Assembly: GCF_006345805.1 (NCBI RefSeq)
Contig: NC_043002.1
Location: 109,368,001 to 109,432,000, forward strand
Length of the DNA: 64,000 bases
From: Octopus sinensis
Lineage: Eukaryota
Direction: 5' to 3'
In this document: positions 24,557-61,000 of the stretch, piece after piece
How the letters are laid out: each line of letters opens with the position of its first letter
Numbering within the stretch: position 1 is the first letter of the stretch
The notes under the pieces: generated by a model
The model's input: only the letters and a program-made list of their open reading frames with translations
Database searches by the model: none
What the model was told of the DNA's origin: nothing
Position numbers and translations under genes: made by a program

Positions 24557-25071
24557 ATGTTTGTGTATCTGTGTTTGTCTCCCCAACATCGCTTGACAAC
24601 TGATGCTGGTGTATTTACGTCCCTGTAAATTAGTGGTTCAGCAAAAGAGACCAATAGAATAAGTACTAGGCTTCCAAAGAATAAGTCCTGGGGTCGATTT
24701 GCTTGACTAAAGGCAGTGCTCCAGCATGGCCACAGTCAAATGACTGAAACAAGTAAAAGAGGATATTGTTTTCATGTGAAGTCATTTCTGAGATGCTGAA
24801 AGGAGTTGACAGAGTTGTGATTCTCTTGTGTTTGATTCTAGAAACCTTTGAGATACTTTTTGACATTAGTCAATTCTGTTGTACTGGTAACTACTCATTA
24901 CATAACTTATTGATAGTATTTAATATTTATTTTAATTTGTTTCAGAAAATCTGTTTGAAAGAGGATTTTTCTATGGAAGATGTGAGTGTTGGAAGAGAGA
25001 TTCAAATGTCTTCATTGAAACAAAGAACAAAAATTGTAAAATTTTAACCTTCAAGTTTTGTTACTGAAAGA

Positions 25072-26247
25072 ATGTCTGAGGTAAGAAATTGCAGATGTGA
25101 TATTTGTGGGAAAAAATGCAACTTATCTGTTTGTGAGTGCACTCATACAAAGGAAAATCCCTATCACTGTGAAATATGTGAGGAAACAATATCTGAAAAA
25201 GCTAACATAACAGAACATGAACAGAGTCTCAATGACAAGAAAGTGCACCATTGTAAAATATGTGGGAAGCAGTTTTCTCAATTTAGTACATTAACACGGC
25301 ATAAACGTATTCACACCGGAGAGAAACCCTACCACTGTGAAATCTGTGGCAAAGCATTTGCTGAGAATTATTTTTTAACATTACACATTCGTACTCACAC
25401 TGGAGAGAAACCATATAAGTGTGAAGTGTGTGGAAAGGCCTTTTCTCAAATGAGTCATTTAGCAGGACATAAACATATTCACAATGAAGAAAAACCATTC
25501 CACTGTGAAATGTGTGGGAAAACTTTTTCTGAAATAAGTCTTGTAAAGAAACATAAACGTCTTCACAATGAGGAAAAACCACACCACTGTGAAATATGTG
25601 GAAAAGAATTTTCGATTAGTGCCAACTTAATACGACACAAACGAACTCATACAGGGGAGAAACCATACCAATGTGAGATCTGTGCGAAAACATTTTCTGA
25701 AATTGGTCATTTAACAAGACATAAACGTTTCCACACTGGAGAAAAGCCACACAATTGTGAAATCTGTGGGAAAGCATTTTCCACAAAAGGTAATTTAACA
25801 ATCCACAAACGTATTCACACTGGGGAGAAACCGTATCGGTGTGAAGTTTGTGGGAAAGCATTCTCTGATAGACGTTATATATATGTACACAAAAATACTC
25901 ACACTGGAGAGAAACTATTTCCCTGTGAAATCTGTGGGAAAGCATTTTCTCAAGTTGGTCATTTGAAAAGGCATAAATATATTCACACCGGGGAGAAACC
26001 ATACCACTGTGAAGTTTGTGGAAAAAATTTTTCAAACAGTGGCACCTTAGTAAGACATAAACGTGTTCATACTGGAGAAAAGCCGCACCACTGTGAAATC
26101 TGTGGAAAAACATTTTCTCAAAATGGTGCCTTAACAAGCCATCAACGTATTCATACTGGAGAAAAGCCATTCACATGCGATGATTGTGGGAAAGCTTTTT
26201 CTACAAAAAGGTATCTTCGAAGACACGAACATGTACACTCATATTAA
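25072..26247 (+). CDS. C2H2 zinc-finger protein (ZNF-C), 391 aa, 12 intact plus 2 degenerate N-terminal fingers
   Basis: Intact finger array with TGEKP/NEEKP linkers. Acceptor ttgtttcAG at 24944-24945. 5' UTR part of the exon is similar to those of ZNF-A and ZNF-B. Confidence 0.93.
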   Translation: MSEVRNCRCDICGKKCNLSVCECTHTKENPYHCEICEETISEKANITEHEQSLNDKKVHHCKICGKQFSQFSTLTRHKRIHTGEKPYHCEICGKAFAENYFLTLHIRTHTGEKPYKCEVCGKAFSQMSHLAGHKHIHNEEKPFHCEMCGKTFSEISLVKKHKRLHNEEKPHHCEICGKEFSISANLIRHKRTHTGEKPYQCEICAKTFSEIGHLTRHKRFHTGEKPHNCEICGKAFSTKGNLTIHKRIHTGEKPYRCEVCGKAFSDRRYIYVHKNTHTGEKLFPCEICGKAFSQVGHLKRHKYIHTGEKPYHCEVCGKNFSNSGTLVRHKRVHTGEKPHHCEICGKTFSQNGALTSHQRIHTGEKPFTCDDCGKAFSTKRYLRRHEHVHSY

Positions 26248-28324
26248 AAAGAAACCATTTACTCATCATAATTACTTAACTATGCTCAAAGTCATTCATA
26301 CAAGTAGAAGACTGTTAAGATATAAATTTTGAGGGAAAGGATTTTCTGATTCCAATGACTTTGGAAGCACAAATATAATTTATTTTGGGGAAAATAGGTT
26401 TACCATTATGAAATTTGGTGGAAATCATATTCTCCAACCAATCACTTATCCATACATAGATGTCTTTTTGAGAAAACCGATTTGGCTGTGAGCTTTCAGA
26501 GAGAATAATGTTGGCTGTTAATCACCACATGTTAAAATGTATTTGCAATGTATAAAAAGTATTCTATGGAATTATGGTAAATCCATTTCTTAGAATTGTT
26601 ATTTAGGGTTGATGCCAGTGCTGCCTGACTGGCTCCTGTGCCAGTGGCATGTAAAAAGCACCATTTGAGTGTGGTTGATGCCAGTTCTGCCTGATTGGCT
26701 CCTGTGCCAGTGGCACGTAAAAAGCACCCACTACACTCTTGGAGTGGTTGGCATTAGGAAGGGCATCCAGCTGTAGAAACCTTGCCAGATCAGATTGGAG
26801 CCTCGTGCAGCCTCCTGACTTGCCAGTCCTCAGTCAAACTGTCCAACCCATGCCAGCATGAACAACAGTGTCATTTGTACATATTTATAAGAAAATAGTG
26901 TATGACTACTGTTGCTGTGTTATCCCTGAATATATCATGTTTGAGACATTATTATGGCTGTCAAGGCAGGGAGCTGGCAGAGTCGTTAGCATGCTGGACA
27001 AGATACTTGGCCGTATTTTGCCTGTCAATACATTCTGAGTTCAAATTCTGGCAAGGTTGACTTTGCCTTTCATCCTTTCAGGGTTGTTAAATTAAGTACT
27101 TGGGGTGATTTTATCGACTAGTCCCCTCCTCCCAATATTCAGGCGTTGTGCCTATAGTAGAAAGGATTGTTGTGGCTGTCATCCTAACTGGAAACTGAAA
27201 TCTGAAGTCATGCTCAAAATTCAACTGGAAATTTTGGGGATTAGAATATCAAATTCTTTTATATGATACTCACCTTTCCTGGTAACCTCAGAGATTTTGA
27301 GAAGAAATTTAAAAACTTTTGTCATATTTATATATTTTAATAAATATTATGTTATGTTGATGGATTATAAACATTATTTTGATATAAATATCTGGTGCAT
27401 TTTTATGATTGTTTGTCATGACTTATGTATAATGTTGTACATTTTTTGAGCTGGCATGTTGAGTCACTATTCACATTACAAACAACACATCAATGAGTCG
27501 TCATCATCCTCATTTAACGTCCATTTCCCATGCTAGCATGGGTTGGACGGTTTGACCGGGGTCTGGTAAGCTATGGAGGCTGCACCAGGCTCTAGTCTGA
27601 TCTGGCAGAGTTTCTACAGCTGGATGCCCTTCCTAATGCCAACCATTCCGTGTGTGTAGTGGGTGTTTTTTACGTGCCACCGGCACAGGGGCCAGAGCAA
27701 GCTGGCAAATGGCCACGATTGGTTGGTGCTTTTACATGTCACTGACACCGACGCCAGTCAGGCGGCGCTGGCATCTGCTATGTTCGGACAGTGCTTTATG
27801 CATACATCAAGTCATCATGTTTTTATCTTACTGATCTATTTTTCTCTTCACAAGATTCAAAATTGGATTGGTTGCTGTTTGATACTGCTGCTACATCAAT
27901 CTTCCTCAGTTGCTGTGATAAACACACATTTATGTCACTTCAACTTCTACATACCTTTCTTTGCAATAATATATTCCACAAGAGAAAAAGAAAAGCTGTA
28001 ATTTCAGGGCCACATGGTGTAAATTCTAGGCACTCACAATAAAACAATAAACTTAGGTTTGCAGCCGCCAACTACAAAATTTTTCCCCCCAGGTATGATC
28101 TCCATCATGTACAAATCCTTTGTTGTTATGTCTTCTAATTATAAACTACAGAGTAAGGGTAGTGGAGAACTTGCAACAAAGCAGCTCGCACAGGATATCA
28201 TCCATAGTGATTAAGAGGGGGAACTTATTAAAGTAGACACTGAGTTTTAATGACAGCAGTTGATAGTTTGAGTCTACTTAGTGTCTATACTTATACACTC
28301 ACGTCTTCTCGTTAGCTGTTTTAA

Positions 28325-28549
28325 CCCTTTCGTTACTGTATTTATTTTGAGATGCTGTGTGTTTCTTTCAATTACTTTAAATATAACAAAGAATTTAGTA
28401 AAATAACTTGGTTGTCATTCAGCTAGTGTTAGGAACATAAATTGTGATTAGGGTTTGGTGGAAGTTTTGCATTAAATGCAAAACTTATGAAAACAAAACA
28501 TTTGTACTCAGAGCCAGAGCCAGTTTCAGCCGGATTGGTAATGAAAGGG
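28325..28549. mobile_element. piggyBac-type MITE
   Basis: TTAA|CCCTTTCGTTAC...GTAATGAAAGGG|TTAA. Confidence 0.75.
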
Positions 28550-29291
28550 TTAAAAATCATTTACTACAAGCTATGTAGGTCAAACTAGTGAATTCTTTGT
28601 TACTAATGTGAAGGAATTATTCCAAAAATCAAAAGAACTGAATCAAAAATGGACTAAATTATTCTAAGAGAAAGACCAGATTTACATTCAGGACATTCTC
28701 CCCTTATAATAAATGAAGTCCTTTACTAGAATTAGTATTTGATGAATTTTCTCTTACGTTACATTCTTACTAAATATCATTTAATGTCTGTTGTCCATGC
28801 TGGCATGGGTTGGACAATTTGACCAGGGCTGTTAAGCTGGGAGGCTGCAGAAGGCCCCAGTCTAATTTGGCATGGTTTCTACAGCTGGATACCTTTCCTG
28901 ACACCAACCACTCAGAGTGTAATGGGTGCTTTTATTTGCCACCGGCACGAGTGCCATTTGCACGACACCGTTATCTGCTAAAGCTGCGATTTACTTGGCT
29001 TGATGGGTCTTCTTCTCAAGCACAACATAATGCCAAAGGTCTTGGTCATTGCCTTGTGAGGCCCAACACTTGAAAAGAGCTTTTCATGTGCCACCAACAT
29101 CAGCCACTTTGCCTTCGTGAAGCCCCAAAATATATTGCAATGTTATTATTTCTTTCCAGTATGAGATTGTTTATGGTAAAGTGTGGAAGCCCCAAATGAG
29201 CAGAGGCTGAAATAGAAGCACAGAATAGAGCAGGCTGGTGAGATTATGATGAAGTTGCTTGTATCAAGTGCTGTGGGTAGAGGTAGCAATT

Positions 29292-29969
29292 CAGTTCTAT
29301 ATTTAAGAGATGAGGAATTATGTACATTATTTACATTACTAACCCCAAGATTCCGACTTTGATTCCAGGCAGTGACCTGAATCATCATCATCATCGTTTT
29401 ACATCTGCTTTTCATGCTGGCATGGGTTGGACGGTTTGACTGAGGACTGGTGAGCCAGAAGGCTGATCTAGCAAAGTTTCTACAGCTTGATGCCCTTCCA
29501 AACACCAACCACTCTGAGAGTGTAATGGGTGCTTTTATGTGCCACTGGCATGAGGGCCAGTCAGGCAGTTCTGGCAACGACCACACTCAAAAGGTGTTTT
29601 TTATGTGTCACTGGCGCATGTGTCGGTAAAGTGACGCTGGCAATGATCATGCTTAAATGGTGCTTTTCACGTGTCACCGGCACGGGAGCCAATCCGTGGC
29701 CCTGGCAACTATCACGCTTGGATGTGATTTTAACATTCCACTGGCATGAGTGCCAATCAGGCAGTACTGTCATCGACCATGTCAGCAATTTTGATTTTAC
29801 TTTAATAATGATAATAATAACAATAATAATAACATTGAAAAATACTATAGGAATGAGAATCCAGATTCGAAATTTCCCCAAGACACCTGATGAAGGCTGG
29901 AGGGTATATCAGCCGAAATGTTGTGTTAACAACAAACAAGATGAGGACAAATATCCATCAAATGTAAAT
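29292..29969 (+). mobile_element. HH1 copy with inverted terminal segment, interrupted by an RTE 3' fragment (~29382-29803)
   Basis: 29292-29337 is the inverted element 3' end, 29337-29380 the tRNA 3' half, and 29804-29969 the (AAT)n plus body with hammerhead. Confidence 0.72.
29881..29927 (+). ncRNA. Type-I minimal hammerhead ribozyme motif
   Basis: Stem I GACAC/GTGTT; core CTGATGA (29887-29893) plus an extra A; stem II GGCTG/CAGCC; GAAA (29915-29918); minimal stem III TGTT (CGTT in other copies). Confidence 0.7.
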
Positions 29970-30239
29970 AGAGGTGGCAATTGTTTAGTCACAAGAAGAG
30001 CATCAATGAGGTGTTTCAGTGCTGCTGAAACAGGTGAGAGGAAGAGACATGGTCTGAATTCTTGCAACAGAATGGAGTCCATTGAAGGCACTTCAGGACC
30101 AATTAGTGGTATTTAATTGATGAACAGATTAAGCAAACAACAAAATTACTATTTTATTCAATTTATTATTGAAGCCTAAATTCCCGAAAAGATATCCCCT
30201 CCCCTACAGTCCCCAAACTAGAAGAAGAAGAAAAAGCAG

Positions 30240-54677
<24,438 letters not shown>

Positions 54678-55485
54678 TTGTTTAACCTTTCCTCTCACAC
54701 AAAGGAGGAGGGAGAGAGAGAAGGAGAGAGAGAGCTGTTTTAAGATGTCATGTCGGAATAGCAACCTTTAAAATCACTCAGCCGACCTACAACAACCACA
54801 ATAATAGAAGGATTTAAATAGTTTCTTCTAAAACAGTCTCCAGGTTGTTTTATCAAATTACAAGTCTGTTCAGTTTATCTGAGAGAGGGGCTTCAACTTG
54901 TTTCTTTGAGTGTTGTTTCAATTTGTTTCTTGAGAATCAGAGGATACGTCGTCTAGATATTATTTTGAGAAGAGTGGTAAATTATTGAAATAAAAAAAAT
55001 TAATATCTTAGGAGAAATGACGAACAAAACAAAAGAAAATACAAACTTATTTCTACAACATTCTGTTGTGACTAAAGGCCATCTTCAGCTGCAGAAGACG
55101 GTGTTGGCTCACAGAAGTTTCCTTTCTTTATATGTCCGGATTTCTCCCTGGACATCGTAAATATGCTTTTCATTGTAAATCTGCTCCGCCCTGGGGTTAA
55201 CAACTACAAAAATACAAAATGAACTGTTGTGGTTAAGTCTCGGTTTCAGTTTCTCATTCGAAGGGTTTCGAGGAGCATTAAAAAAATACTTCTCATACTT
55301 TATGTCTATATTTACGAAGTATAAAAGGCAATTTATTTACTTCTTACTTAGACCGAAAAATAATTTATATTACAGTCATTTGTTATTTTACGATAAAAAC
55401 CGAAGTAATTAAATACCTTGCAGTATTTGATTTTGACTTAGCTTTTCGTTCTTCTACGCTTGTTGAAATGAAGACTAGTAATATT

Positions 55486-56397
55486 CTTTTCTACTCTAGG
55501 CACAAGGCCCGAAATTTTTGAGGAGGGGGCCAGTCGATTAGATCGATTTCAGTAGGCAACTGGTACTTAATTTATCGACCCTGAAAGAATGAAAGCCAAA
55601 GTCGACCTCGGCGGAATTTGAACTCAGAACGTAGCGGCAGACGAAATACATATTTCTTTACGACTCACAAAGGACAGACAAACGGATTAAGTCGATTATA
55701 TCGACCTCAGTGCGTAACTGGTACTTAATTTATCGACCCTGAAAGGATGAAAGCCAAAGTCGACCACGGCGGAATTTGAACTCAGAACGTAGCGGCAGAC
55801 GAAATACCTATTTCTTTACTACTCACAAGGGGCTACACACAGAGGGGACAAACAAGGACAGACAAACGGATTAAGTCGATTATATCGACCTCAGTGCGTA
55901 ACTGGTACTTAATTTATCGACCCTGAAAGGATGAAAAGCAAAGTCGACCTCGGCGGAATTTGAACTCAGAACGTAGCGGCAGACGAAATACCTATTTCTT
56001 TACTACTCACAGGGGGCTACACACAGAGGGAACAAACAAGGACGGACAAACGGATTAAGTCGATTATATCGACCTCAGTGCGTAACTGGTACTTAATTTA
56101 TCGACCCTGGAAGGATGAAAAGCAAAGTCGACCTCGGCAGAATTTGAACTCAGAACGTAGCGGCAGACGAAATACCTATTTCTTTACTACTCACAAGGGG
56201 CTACACATAGAGGGGACAAACAAGGACAGACAAACTGATTAAGTCGATTATATCGACCTCAGTGCGTAACTGGTACTTAATTTATCGACCCTGAAAGGAT
56301 GAAAGGCAAAGTCGACCTCAGCGGAATTTGAACTCAGAACGTAACGGCAGATGAAATTTCGCCCGGCGTGCTGGCGTTTCTACCAGCTCGCCGCCTT
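55486..56397 (-). repeat. Five-unit tandem array of SINE family 2 within one TSD pair
   Basis: GAACTCAGAACG recurs at 55620, 55778, 55962, 56146 and 56330 (periods 158, 184, 184, 184); ACTAGTAATATT flanks both sides (55474-55485, 56402-56413). Confidence 0.88.
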
Positions 56398-56559
56398 GAA
56401 TACTAGTAATATTTAATACCAGTATATATTTAGTCAACCATTTCGCAACTTCACAATATTGGTTTCGTATCCAGTGAAAAAAAAAAGTCATTATTGGTGG
56501 CTTGTTGAAAATGGTTTAGAAAACTTTTGGAGACAATCCTCGGGCAACCAGGCAAAGTT

Positions 56560-56870
56560 TTGGTCGCTCATTGGCTTTCACTGGCCAATGACAATGATGG
56601 AACAATACCTCTCAGTAATGTACTTGTTATATAAACAGAGCTATGTGTTTTTTTATTTCTCGGTAAATTAGCATAAGAATCAATGGAATCGCTCGCAGTC
56701 TATTCTGTTTTGTTTGTTGCAATACGAGACACGTCTCAGATGAACGAAACATCAATTTGCCGTATCTCGATTCCTCTAGGTTGCCTCATCTCACATGCTG
56801 AGTTCCTCTTTATTACCATAGCAACATTTTCCCTTTCACACTACACGTGACACTACGCGTTTGTCTCAAA
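56560..56870. promoter_or_regulatory. Possible promoter between the divergent POLDIP2 and SRRD genes
   Basis: Unique CpG-richer DNA with opposed ATTGG/CCAAT boxes (~56570-56590) and a CACGTGAC E-box (~56845). Confidence 0.3.
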
Positions 56871-59268
56871 ATGATTGTTGTGAGTGAAAATAGTTATTTT
56901 TCTAGGCATAAATTTCTGTTTCAGTCAAACCTGTATTTTTACGATCTTTTGGAAATAAATACTTGAATTTTAACTACATTGATTTATCAATCCACTTAGG
57001 CTGGTAGAAGTCTACCTTCTGGTGATTTGTAGAAAGTGAAGAGAACTTGCTTATAGATTTTATTGTTGTCTCGCGCATCCATATTTTGTACAAAAAGTAT
57101 AAACAGTAATGAAGAGGTCTAATAAGACCGAAACACGTCATTCCCCTACTGGGAATGGGAGTTGTCCCACCTTGGCTTTCTTGAGAAGATTTATTCATAA
57201 AGCTCGAAGAAAGTATGGATGTGATTTAGATCACCAAAATAAGTGTGTGTGTGAGTATATTAAAGTTTATTTTATTTTCTGTGTCCCACCAGAAGCTAAG
57301 GTCGAGTCCCTCTGGCCTAAGCTAAAACCTACGATACAGTGTTTTCTATATCTGGGGAAAAATCTTTTCATTCGGTCAAAAAATTTATGCACTATGCACT
57401 TTAAACCCATAATATACTACGATAGAAAGGCGGCGTGCTGGCAGAATCGTTAGCTTAGCGACTTCGTCTGTCTTTACCTTCTGAGTTCAAATTCCGTCGA
57501 GGTCGACTTTGCCTTTCATCCTTTTGGGGGCGATAAATTAAGTACCAGTTGCGTACTGAAGTCGTTCTAATCGACTGTCCCCCTCCACTCACCAAAATTT
57601 CGGGCCCTGTGCCTAGAGTAGAAAGGAATATACTGCGATAGATAAATACATCGTAAGTGGATTTAATAGACGGAGACCGAAAGAAGGCTGTTGTACGTAC
57701 ATACATATCTATATTTAGTTAAATGTATGTCCGGTCATAGAGTGACCAATGATTTCACCTTCCTAAAGCGCTTAGCTTTATAGACAATTTGTCAGACTCT
57801 GATAGTGGGGGGGGGGGAATATAACCCGTCTTCGATCCGAAGGTAAAAATCTGTTATGGTCAATAATTTGTGAACAAAGAATAAAATACCAATTTGTGTT
57901 GCAAGAGCCAGGACGAGTCATCTCCCTTAGACCAATTCAGTTGACAAATCTTATGGACTTCAGGGGCGAACAGGGAATATCCGCCCTTTGGCTGTTTCCA
58001 GTTTGCGAGGACCTTTTCTGGCTCTAATCAATGAATGGGGAATCCCATACTTACAACAGATAGCATTTCAAATGGGGGAAGGAGTTATTGATCTCATTAT
58101 TTTGTACCTCCCGACATTATATATTTCTTTACTACCCACAAGGGGCTAAACACAGAGGGGACAAACAAGGACAGACAAACGGATTAAGTCGATTACATCG
58201 ACCCCAGTGCGTAACTGGTACTTAATTTATCGACCCCGAAAGGATGAAAGGCAAAGTCGACCTCGGCGGAATTTGAACCCAGAACGCAACGGTAGACGAA
58301 ATACGGCTACGCATTTCGCCCGGTGTGCTAACGTTTCTGCCAGCTCGCCAGCTTCCGACATTATAACAAGCCGGTCAGATGTTGCAGATAGAAAAAACAA
58401 TCTGCAACAATCTGAAGGTGCGTGTCGAAAATTTAGTTAAAAAATATTCATTTTTCTGAAAGTTATGAGGAAACAAATTCATAGTGTATATTGAGTGGGG
58501 GACGCTTGTGTAGATATGCCCAATGAACAATGTTTAAGTCAGTAGAAGATCACACACACACAAATTACAAACTACAAACAAAATAAAAATAACGTTTGAA
58601 TTGGGTTGACGCATCCAAAATAATTATAACCAGGAATAAGGAATGCGGTGACGTAAGTTCCATTGCGTTTCACCACTACCATTCCAGTAGTTATACCTTG
58701 TTCTGTCAGTTGTAAACAAAGTACGTTTCCTGAGGATATGATTAACACAAACGTCAATAAATATATGATTAAAATCGCATTCACAAAATTCCGCTTAGTA
58801 AATCACTTAAAACAGTGTATAACTGAACGTCTGTGTTTAAAGATATGTTTTTGAATTCATAATTTTAAGTTCTGAGAGAAATGATTTTTTTTTTTCTGTC
58901 ACTGAAACGATCGAGATTCCAGTTCTCCATTCCAGTAATTTTAAGCAACCACATTGTTTTCGATGTATCACCAACATTTCACGTCAATCCATTCCAGAAG
59001 CTCCGTCGCTGATTAAACAACGTTCTACATCCACCTTGTTCTATTTATACACCACATTCTTTGTGGCTATGAACTAATATATATTAAAGATCATCTATCA
59101 CCAAAATAGTCACGATATCACAACTATATAAAGGCACTTATCAAACAAGTACTGACTTTGAAACACTCACGTGTTTATGTGTAATATTGTTAAAAGGCAA
59201 TAAATAATATAAACAAAATGACTATTTTCTGGTCGAGGTAACAGGTTCTGTTACTAGATGTCTTCGGA

Positions 59269-59426
59269 ATGACCGATGATTTCCAACTAGTTGTTCGACC
59301 CAAAAGGCGCCAGAAATTTCGCAAAGCTAAACAGTTCAAAGATGGTATTATTAGCTTTGGAAGTTCCCTCACACCTGAGTCTCAGGAATCGAAACAGTCT
59401 ATCCTACAAAAATTACAAAAATGCAG
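59269..59426 (+). CDS. SRRD: SRR1-like protein, coding exon 1
   Basis: MTDDFQLVVRPKRRQKFRKAKQFKDG...ILQKLQKC; donor AG|GTAAAA; phase 2 fits exon 2. Confidence 0.72.
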
Positions 59427-59796
59427 GTAAAAGGAATTTCAATGATTTGTAATGCGTGTGTGTGTAATTAAAAATAGGGCCTGAATAACTTACCCCCAAA
59501 TCGCCTTACCACCTGCGTCGCCCAGTTATGTACTGGGGTCGATCTAATTGACTGGCCCCTTCCCCCAAAATTTCGGGCCTTGTGCCTAGAGTAGAAAAGA
59601 ATATTGTGTCACTACTCTAACAATACTGTGCCAATGCTTTGTCTCAATAATAATCTCATGGTTGTATCAATGCTATATGTTGTGTACATGTGACAGACAC
59701 TCACAGGTATGTATAATAAGAGTGTGTGTATAGAATGCACTTATGTTTATATCTCTGCTGCAAGTTATATTTTGATATTCTTTTGCTCTCTTATAG

Positions 59797-59837
59797 GAAT
59801 GAAATAGAACTCTCGGACTTCTACACCAAATTCCAAG
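59797..59837 (+). CDS. SRRD: SRR1-like protein, coding exon 2
   Basis: (R)NEIELSDFYTKFQ(E); ctctcttatAG / GTatca; phases fit both neighbours. Confidence 0.72.
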
Positions 59838-60551
59838 GTATCACTTGTTTATAGTTTCATTAGATTACAGTTGTTAATTATTACTAAATTCCAATGCATG
59901 GGTCACTTTTGGTTCTCTAGTTGGTGTGTATGTACTAAATATGAGGAATATTATCAACTCTAGTATCTTGTATGAGGTGAGATATTGTGTGTCTCCTAAT
60001 TCATTGTAACTGGGCTTCTGTTGTTGTATATTTAGTTTAAGACTATTTAGTTTTAGATGTTGGGTGTGCTTTTGTTTTTTAATTTTAGGTTTCGTCTGGA
60101 GGAAGGATTGTGCTCTGAGCCATTGATGTGAACTTTTAAAACTGTTGAGATTGATGTTTGTCTTGAAGAATTGCAGTGAAAACATGGGTTGAAGGAATTC
60201 CAGAGGTGCTGGTGCCACTGGGAAAATGGACAGAGTGCAGAGGTTAGGGTGATGGGGGAGGTGGAGAGATGAGTGAGTCAGAAGTGTTTGGGTGTGAGTA
60301 TGAGAATATTTTGTTATGAGAAAGCAAAACCATCATAGTAGCAGTAGAATATGTAGAGAGGAGAGACGGCATGTTTGCGTGACAGAGTTTAGTGTCACAT
60401 GTCTGTCACACATTCTGGTTGTATTTCTTACTAAATCTAGTTGCAATGTCATGGCTTAAAGCTCTCCACCACCTAGTTTAAGTCCCTTTATTTTGTTGGT
60501 GGACTAAATGCTTTATCTCAGATTTATGTTTTTGGGTGGCACACATATTTG

Positions 60552-61000
60552 GAAAAGTACTATTTTTAAATCTCTTGACAAGAGATATCCAGCAACAGTA
60601 CTTTGGAGTAAAGATTGTTTGCCAACATAACATGGCAGCCTTGGTTTAGGACGAATGTTGCTGTAATTTAGCTCCAGGAGACATCGTCTCCAGCTGGCTA
60701 TATGACACGATCTGTGTCCTTATATTTAGAATCTAGCACCCCAAATCAGCTCAAAACAATATCTGTGTATCACGACTTCCGGGTTATTTCCCTTCATCAG
60801 CACAGAATGATTGTTCAGCTAGAGGTGGTGCTGCCAAATTCCTGTTCGAAATATATAGTTTTCAAACTGATAACTAGTTACTGATCCACAAATTAGAAAA
60901 TTACCATTTTCAAATCTCACAAGAGATATTCAGCAACAGTACTTTGGAGTAAAGATTGATTGCCAATATAACATGGCAGTCCTGGTTTAGGATGAATATT
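60552..61000 (-). mobile_element. Retrozyme/PLE-pLTR-like element (family HH2) with ~107-bp terminal direct repeats and a degenerate hammerhead
   Basis: 60552-60659 is repeated at 60896-61000. Minus-strand TCTGTG-CTGATGA-A-GGG-AAATAA-CCC-GGAA-GTCGTGA-TA-CACAGA at 60806-60762. Confidence 0.6.

Noticed and set aside
29529-30116. 195-aa ORF and the many 60-150 aa ORFs recurring across repeats
   Set aside because: They run through RTE tails, SINEs and HH1; similar peptides recur only because the repeats do.
55486-56397. Regularly spaced repeats superficially like a CRISPR array
   Set aside because: Whole 184-bp units repeat with no unique spacers, they match a dispersed SINE, and the DNA is eukaryotic with no cas genes.
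59874-60218. ORF with faint GIY-YIG C-terminal-like text (LNIQQQKPSYN); similar hint at 1130-1640
   Set aside because: Too degenerate to assign by eye; needs an HMM search.
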